A DNA stretch of 64,000 bases from assembly GCF_006345805.1 (NCBI RefSeq), contig NC_043005.1, positions 18,166,001 to 18,230,000 on the forward strand, given 5' to 3'. Each line of letters starts with the position of its first letter. The stretch's first letter is position 1. The DNA comes from Octopus sinensis (Eukaryota). A program made the position numbers and the translations under genes. This document shows positions 56,210 to 64,000 of the stretch, piece by piece. The notes beneath the pieces are model-generated. The model saw only the letters and a list, made by a program, of their open reading frames with translations. It had not been told where the DNA came from and made no database searches.

Positions 56210-56677
56210 ATTTATATATATATATAACGGGAAGCTTTATGAAAATAAACAAAAGACGAAGGCAGGTTTACGGAAATATATACACACAACACCTCGAACC
56301 CACAAGAATAAACGAGAGAGACAGAGACAGGCAGAAACAAGGAAAATGCCCCTTGTATTTGAATGCTATGCAAATATTCTTTTAAAAAACTTTTCTTTCA
56401 ATTTTTCCAAAATTTAATTGTTTTCCATACTTAGAGTTGAAAAAGTTTCAATGACTGAAACCGGTACTGAAGTGTTTTTTACAAAATTATTTTTGCATTT
56501 TCTACCTTAACTTTTTTCCACACACACAGCCACACACACACACACGCACACACACATATATATATATAGACACGAAACGTAAAAGACTTTCTCACTTCCC
56601 GAGCGTTAAACTAATACATCTGGTTGTTCTTTACACACCTGTCTTTGTCTTTTGTTTTTTTTTGTAAATTCTCACTG

Positions 56678-56716
<39 letters not shown>

Positions 56717-56821
56717 TAAAACAATTAAGATTCAAGTGAATTCCAATGAATTCAAATGAATGCGGTAGTTAACTTAGATGCACCAGAAATCTTTATGGTA
56801 TTAACCATAAAATAATGTGGG

Positions 56822-57883
56822 GTGATTATAAACAGGGGGTTCAGTAATAATTCAACCAACCCTAATTCTAATTTAAGAAAACATAATAAGGAAGATATAA
56901 TCTGGCTGAATATTCCTTTCAACTGTACGATTTTATCGGTTATACACGGCAGATTCAAATTAATTCTAGAAAAAAATGTTCTAGCCTCTCGTAAATATCA
57001 TAGAATAATTTCTAAAAGAACGGTTAGGATTTCTTATTCAACCCTCCCAAATATGTCCACTATAATAGCTAAAATTAATAATAAAAGCATTAAGTTAGCC
57101 AGGAATAATAGGACTAATACCAACATGAATACCAATAATAATTGTAATAATATTATCAAAAATAAAAATAATAACAACAATAATAGTAATTATCAAAACA
57201 AGGGTAGCATCAATAACCATGGAATAATAAATAATAATATTAATATTAATAGGAATAATAATGATAATAATATGAGCAATGCAAATAGAGAAAATATCGG
57301 GAATGAAGATAACATTGATATCTATAACAGCAATATGCATTCGGATATAAATACAAGCAATAATAGTAGCAATACCAATAATGCTGATAATTATGATATG
57401 GCTATAGAGATAAATGATAGTGTAAGCGGATCGATAAATCATAACACAGCTTTAGAGAACAACATTACCTATAATAACGATAATTATACTCATAATAATC
57501 TGGATAGCAGCAATAGGAGATATCTAACCTTAAATAATTCTAAATCTGAAGATTATCCCCCTAGGTGTAATTGTAGGATTAAGTCAAAATGCCCGGCACC
57601 TGGTCTGTGTGGGGCCTATAACGTAATCTATAAATGTACTATAACTACTGAGAATAGCAAATTTCTTTATCTGGGTTGTACTATAAAATTTAAGCAACGA
57701 GTTAGCAATCATTACTCCTCATTTAAGTTACGTCATAAAGCTGGCTGCACAACACTTTCCAGTAAGATCTGGGAACTCAAAGATAATAATATTAAACATA
57801 ACCTTAAATGGGAAATAGTTAGAAGGGCGATACCTTATAGAAATAACAGGGTAGGTTGCCAACTCTGCTCCATGGAGACATGA
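56822..57883 (+). CDS. Penelope-like element C-terminal ORF: linker plus GIY-YIG endonuclease with Asn-rich insertion (probably a truncated, decaying copy)
   Basis: IIWLNIPF..VRISYSTLPNMSTII, ~150-aa Asn-rich linker, CNCRIKSKCP..C..VIYKC..YLGCT..FKQRVSNHYSSF..TTLSSKIWELK..KWEIV..CQLC. The expected LLN.R.E..C.H tail follows at ~57909-57950 but is frameshifted. No RT upstream. Confidence 0.75.
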   Translation: MIINRGFSNNSTNPNSNLRKHNKEDIIWLNIPFNCTILSVIHGRFKLILEKNVLASRKYHRIISKRTVRISYSTLPNMSTIIAKINNKSIKLARNNRTNTNMNTNNNCNNIIKNKNNNNNNSNYQNKGSINNHGIINNNININRNNNDNNMSNANRENIGNEDNIDIYNSNMHSDINTSNNSSNTNNADNYDMAIEINDSVSGSINHNTALENNITYNNDNYTHNNLDSSNRRYLTLNNSKSEDYPPRCNCRIKSKCPAPGLCGAYNVIYKCTITTENSKFLYLGCTIKFKQRVSNHYSSFKLRHKAGCTTLSSKIWELKDNNIKHNLKWEIVRRAIPYRNNRVGCQLCSMET

Positions 57884-59430
57884 AATTTTAAAGCATAGAA
57901 AAAAAAAATTATTAAATAACGTATTGAATTAGGTCTGTCTTGTATTCACTAAAAAATCAAGACTCTTAAATATTTTAAATGAAAATCGTATAGAATAACC
58001 GTATAGAGTTAGGTCTATCTTGTATTTACTAAAAAAAGCAAAACTCTAATATATTTAAAATAGAAATCTGTGAGCTCTTCCACTGGTGTTCTTTCTTTCT
58101 AACTGTGCCTGTTTAAAACACAAAAAAAACAAATAGTATTCGTACGATGCCAAGTTTTAATTGACTATATCGTCAATTTAATTAACCTAACTTAAATTAA
58201 ATAAATTGCTAATACTTCCTAATTCTATTCTAAATTTAATAGGTAATACTACTCCCTTAATAATAATATAAAGAATTTTCACTATATTTTGAATAAGCAA
58301 AACTCTTACACCATTTACTATAGAAATTATCTGACCTCTAGGTTTTGACCTAAATTCTGTCTTCCAATATATAAACATTAGTAAAAATAGAAACAATAAT
58401 AAATAAATAACCTTCTGTTCTAGTGTTGCCCTTAAATTTCTTACTGTATCTTCCTCTACTGATAGCCTTTGACCCCTTTAATTCTTTCCTTTGATCTCTT
58501 TATATTCTTTATCCTGCCATTAACTCTGTAGGAGCTGTTTGCTGGTCAAAAATAATGTTCCCTTATAAATCTTGAATTCCTGCAACACTGACCCAGATTT
58601 TCTGTCACCACAGAAATAAACTAACCTTTGTAGGTAGTATACTTACGCCGTCTTATTCCCCTACCCCCTCCTCCCATAATGTCCTTATTTGGGCGGTTTC
58701 TGCTTCACTGACTTCTTTTGCGACTTCTTTTAGCCACTATAGCCAATCTCTTCTTCCAACAACTTAGTTTGTGATATGAATAGATGTGTGATCAACATCT
58801 TTTCTTCATACATCAGGAAATTACATCTGCATTATTATGGATACATTCATCTTCTCTGCGAATAAAATCTTTCCTCATATCTCCGGAAATTACACCTGCA
58901 TTATCATGGATGGATTTACATTTTCTGAGAAGCTAACAATCTTTTTAAAAACCTTTTATAAAACTGTGCATCATTAGAAAACATTTTAAGTCTGCTTACA
59001 ACCTAACTTTGCTTTTCATAGAACTCTCTTCGATACTTCATGAGTGTAGCCTCACTCCCTAGGATGTTTTGGAAAACTCATATGTGTTTTGGCTGATTAA
59101 TACGGGACACTTGTATTTGCTGCAATATTTGCAGCTTTAAATAAATCTGTTCTTCGTATGAAACAATTGTACTGAACAACTAATCCATTCTTGTTGCTTT
59201 TTTTCTGTTTATATATATATATATATATAGTTAATCCAAACATGAAAGCACAAAAAAACACAACAACGCGAGGACCTAGAACAAATATAGTATTATTGGA
59301 CGCTCAGGAAAGAAGGAAAGAAGGAGGGTTTACCGTTTCGAGCGGAGCTATTCGTCGGCAACATAGGAGAAGGAAAGATCCAGAGAAGGGAAGACAGAGG
59401 AAAAAAAATCGCCAACGGTACACACGCGGT

Positions 59431-59518
<88 letters not shown>

Positions 59519-59611
59519 TCATCAGGAAAAACAAGGTACTTATGTCAGGAATATGCAACCTTCGAAACATATATATATATATATATATATACATATATAT
59601 ATTATATATAT

Positions 59612-59643
<32 letters not shown>

Positions 59644-59716
59644 CCGGAGTAAACACATAAATGTGAAACAAGGTGGAAAAAAGAGTACTCAAATACCAGT
59701 GGTAGAGTAATATGCT

Positions 59717-59891
59717 TTATTTTAAGCAGCAGAAAATTCAACAAAATCTGTTACTCTGAGTTTCTCGTTGCCGTTCATCAGACAGTTTTTGCTAGAATGG
59801 AACCGATCGGTTCCATTCTAGCAAAAACTGTCTGATGAACGGCAACGAGAAACTCAGAGTAACAGATTTTGTTGAATTTTCTGCTGCTTAA

Positions 59892-59896
<5 letters not shown>
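59717..59896. ncRNA. Perfect 180-bp palindrome with a minimal hammerhead on each strand
   Basis: 90-bp arms, no spacer, centre GA|TC at 59806/59807. Plus-strand hammerhead 59828-59865: CTGT-CTGATGA-A-CG gcaa CG-A-GAAA-CTC a GAG-TA-ACAG. Mirror copy on minus at 59748-59785. Confidence 0.85.
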
Positions 59897-59947
<51 letters not shown>

Positions 59948-60988
59948 GAACAGAATTCACTTTTATAAATATGCCTATGGATATATACACACGCATACAT
60001 TTTATTTATGTACACGCAAAGTCATATACATTACAAATACATAATTACAAACACGCCCAGACCCTGATACACATAAACGGCACCCTTTTGATACATAGAA
60101 ACAATGAATGCCATTGATTTTCTCAGCCTCTCCGTTATTGACAACAATAAATATACACAATACACTTACACACTCACACATATATGCAAATAACAGCGTT
60201 ATATCAAAAGCTTTATAACTGGTCATATACACACATCTTTTAAGTAATGTCGAATGATATTTCTATAAAGGTTTAAAGAGAACAGGAGGGAATATGATAA
60301 CTTCATACAATTATGCCCACTCCCAACAAACGCAAGCCTGTATACATTCATACAAACATCTATAATTGAAATTGCTCATTAATGAGCAAGATCGGTGCTA
60401 ATTAATAAGATGCATTAGTACAGCTGATTATCTGCGGTTTTGATCATAAGTATAACTATCACTCAAATGTCTATTGTCTTTTAAATGCATTGCAGTATCA
60501 TGATCATGACAATCTGACAGTGTGCCTGCCAGCACACGTCTTAAATATGTATACATTTCTTCAGGACACCAAAAGAAGGACAGAATTTCTCAGCATTACG
60601 ACTAGGAGATATATATGCATTCCGTTGATGAAGATAAATTATTAATTCTCCTTGGTCCATATACCTTTGAGTGGTTAAAAGACATGACGGTCTCAGAAGT
60701 TCAGCTGTTTATTGATGTCTGTATAGAGTTTGCTTTGCTTGCGACTCTCGTTTCACCGTAGGGCATCTCACTATGAGTGACTCTTAGAGTCAAAACGACC
60801 GTAATAAATAGAGTGTACCCCACTTAATATAAATAAATATATTGAAAGGGAATAATTATGCATTTTTCCCTTAGGAGGTTTTTCACGCTGATTATAAATT
60901 CTTTATAATTTATAAATTCTTTATTTGTATAAAATCTGTATAAGAATTTACAGATTTTATCCTATTTTTAAATATATATGTATATAGA

Positions 60989-61049
<61 letters not shown>

Positions 61050-61211
61050 ATATGTAGGTATGTATGTAATATGTATTTATATGCATGTGTGTGCATATAT
61101 ATAGATAGATATATGTATGCATGTATGTATAAAAATACACACACACCACATATATATATATATACTTTTCCATGATTAAATAAAAAGAAAACTAACGCAA
61201 AATATACACAC

Positions 61212-61249
<38 letters not shown>

Positions 61250-61324
61250 TACTTTTCCATGATTAAATAAATAGAAAACTAACGCAAAATATACACACCT
61301 GTGTATATATATATATGTATTCTT

Positions 61325-61536
61325 TTATTTGTTTCAGTTATTTGAATGTGGTGGCCATGCTGGAGTACCGCTCTTAGTCGAGCAAATGGACCGTAGGACT
61401 TATTCATTGTAAGCTTAGTACTTATTTTATCGTTATTTCTTGCTGAACCGCTAGGTGATGGGGACGTAAACACCCCAGCATCGTTTGTCAAGCGACGTTG
61501 ATGGGAGAAAAGCAGACACGTAAACATATACACACA

Positions 61537-61576
<40 letters not shown>

Positions 61577-61757
61577 TATATAATATATATATATATATAT
61601 ATATACGACACGCTTCTTTCAGTTTCCGTCTCCAAATCCAGTCACAAGACTTTGGTTGGCTCGAGACTATAGTGGAAGACACTTGCCCAAGGTACCACGC
61701 AGTGGGACTGAACCCGGAACCATGTGGTTCTTAATCAAGCTACTTACCACACAGCCA
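61325..61757 (-). mobile_element. Family B SINE
   Basis: All modules present, with internal (CA)/(TA)n. Confidence 0.8.
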
Positions 61758-63604
61758 ATAATTAAAAAAAAAACCTGTAGTAAATAGACATATAAACATA
61801 TACTAAAACACAGACGAACGGAAAACACAGAAGGTCACCAACGTCTCTCCAGTTATCTGCCAGAGGGTCAAGTGCAATTTCGGCCATTATCGATAATATT
61901 GTTTCCACTCTGGAGGTACAGGCAAGAAATTTGCCGGGAATGGGACAAAAACGTAACAAAACAAACATGATTACAATGTGCCAATTATACTGAATGACGT
62001 ATAACCATTGAATTATAACCACACATGTTCTTTTCGATATAATTTCTGAAAGAAATTTGTGCTATATGAATAACTTTGTGTGATTGACACTTGTTGGCTA
62101 TAATGTTCAAAAATGATTGCTAAAATGTACAAAGTAATTGAAATATGTTATGAATTTTTTTACTGACAAGTTTAAAGTTCTGCAGCTATTTCTAAATAAT
62201 TTTATGTTGATTTCGCAAATATACCTTTAATACTCCGATTTCAAGCAACTTCATTAGGCACGCAATCATTATATAATTGTTACCCAAACACATTTAAAGA
62301 TATTACTTAGTAAATATTTTTTCGATGTGTTCTTCTGTCTTATATTTTACATAACATGCCCAAACACACACACACACAGCATTTTTTTAAAAGCAAAAAT
62401 TTAAACCTTATTGCTAAAAGAAGTGGTCACTTTAGCTTTAATTATATTATCAAATAAGATTCCAATATGCATTTTATTTTTAAAATCCCAAAAAATCTCT
62501 TTTGCTCTCTTACTTGTTTCAGTCATTTGACTGTGGCCATGCTGGAGCCCCGCCTTTTAGTCGAGCAAATCGACCCCATGACTTATTCTTTATAAGCTTA
62601 GTACTTATTCTTTGCACATACAATGCGTGCAATATATTCAGATCCAGACATAACGCCTTCAGTTCAAATCGGAGCTGAAGAGGCATTTCCTGGCCATGGT
62701 TCATTGTGTATGTGGAGAAAACAAAAAGCAAAATGAATAAATAGATAAAACCTGGTTATGCCTGCGTTTCTCACCCCAACATCACTTAGCGGTTATGCCT
62801 GACCTGTGGCTAAGTAACTGCAGCTATAGCTTGTATACGATTGTACTGCACAATTACGATTCAAAACTGTCAGATACATTGAAAATGTCGCTAGCTATTC
62901 TGTAAAGTAATAAAGACCGAAGCTTAGGTATGAGAGTGTGAGGATATACTCTTTCACTCCTTTACTTGTTTCAGTCATTTGACTGTGGCTATGTTGGGGC
63001 ACCGCCTTTAGTCGAGCAAATCGCCCCCAGTACTTATTCTTTGTAAGCCTGGTACTTATTCTTTGCACATAGAATGCGTGCAATGTATTCAGATCCAATT
63101 CGGAACTGAAGAGGCATTTTCTGTAACGCTTTATTGATATCACTGTAAAACTCACATAATGCATGTTGCAATCCCTTCTCAAAATGACTGCAACGAAGAA
63201 GTACTTAAAAACAAATTGTTTCAGCATTCTTCGAAATATCAGTTACTACCGAAGTGAAGAAAATCAAGATCATATGTTCTCCACATGATTTTCTACTTAG
63301 AACAGTGCTGGAAAATTTTCACTTCCCTTTAGTTTCGTCAATGCTTAGACATTTGTCCAAAGATGACTCATTGCATTTTACTTTCCCAGTTTTTACTTCA
63401 CAATAAATACGTCTGTGTGACTACTAATGCTTTACCCATGGTGCACTTTATACAGTTCAGCAGTCAAGATTTGGCAACTTGAGTTGATCGTGTGGTGGAG
63501 AAAATTGTTGAGTTCAAGTTGACGTCCCAGTGTTTCCTAGGATTCTGGGCAGGTATACTTCATAAAATTAAGGAGCTAATAGTATAAGTGTGGATAATTT
63601 ATTT

Positions 63605-63691
<87 letters not shown>

Positions 63692-64000
63692 CAGAACACA
63701 ATGAATTCTTAATTTACTGAAATTTTCCAGTACAATACTTATAAATAGAGTTTGGTCATGAATGATTTGCATAAATATAATCAAAACGATGTAAAAGTAA
63801 TAAATTTTAATAATTTAAAGGCTGATGTATTGAATGCCGAATACAATGAATATTTAATTTGAAAAAAATTACGATGAATAACAACGAAAATGAAAAATCT
63901 AACGACATTTGTTAGGGCTGCAAATAATGAGAAAAAAATATTGCAAGAAATAAAAATAAATTTGTGAGTAGATATGTTAGGCCTACATATATATAGATAT

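Larger units (their letters stand above)
54442..56700. repeat. Near-identical tandem duplication, unit 1139 bp
   Basis: 54442-55580 versus 55581-~56700. Identical short ORFs are offset by 1139. Only about four differences were seen. Breakpoints lie in (TA)n. Confidence 0.95.

Noticed and set aside
57881-57883. TGA as selenocysteine read-through in the GIY-YIG ORF
   Set aside because: The position is not a Cys site in the motif, and it is followed by TAG and frameshifts before the LLN.R.E tail.
59328-59363. Minus-strand CCGACGA..GCTC-GAAAC-GGTA as an active hammerhead
   Set aside because: Core U4>C and a broken helix II closing pair; relic only.
61762-62022. 86-aa minus-strand ORF or candidate exon
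   Set aside because: No recognisable domain, and several frames on both strands are similarly open.

Overview
AT-rich, microsatellite-saturated animal genomic DNA with one 100-N scaffold gap (31733-31832). No host protein-coding gene, rRNA or true tRNA can be supported, so the window looks intergenic or intronic. The SINE families and microsatellite load resemble octopus/coleoid cephalopod DNA (inference). Recognisable content: dozens of tRNA-derived SINE copies from three families, several in head-to-tail arrays; two internally deleted Tc1/mariner elements (one mariner-type, one DD37D/maT); R4/Dong-type RLE non-LTR fragments embedded in (TAA)n or (TATG)n tracts; a Penelope-like RT pseudogene; a 353-codon Penelope-type GIY-YIG ORF with a long Asn-rich linker; two MITE-like elements; and a near-identical 1139-bp tandem duplication. 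The most striking signal lies outside the ORF track. About ten well-formed and several decayed minimal type I hammerhead ribozyme motifs, from several unrelated sequence families, occur across the window. Many sit in head-to-head fold-back (inverted-repeat) elements, including a perfect 180-bp palindrome with a hammerhead on each strand. All folds were read by eye and none has been tested.
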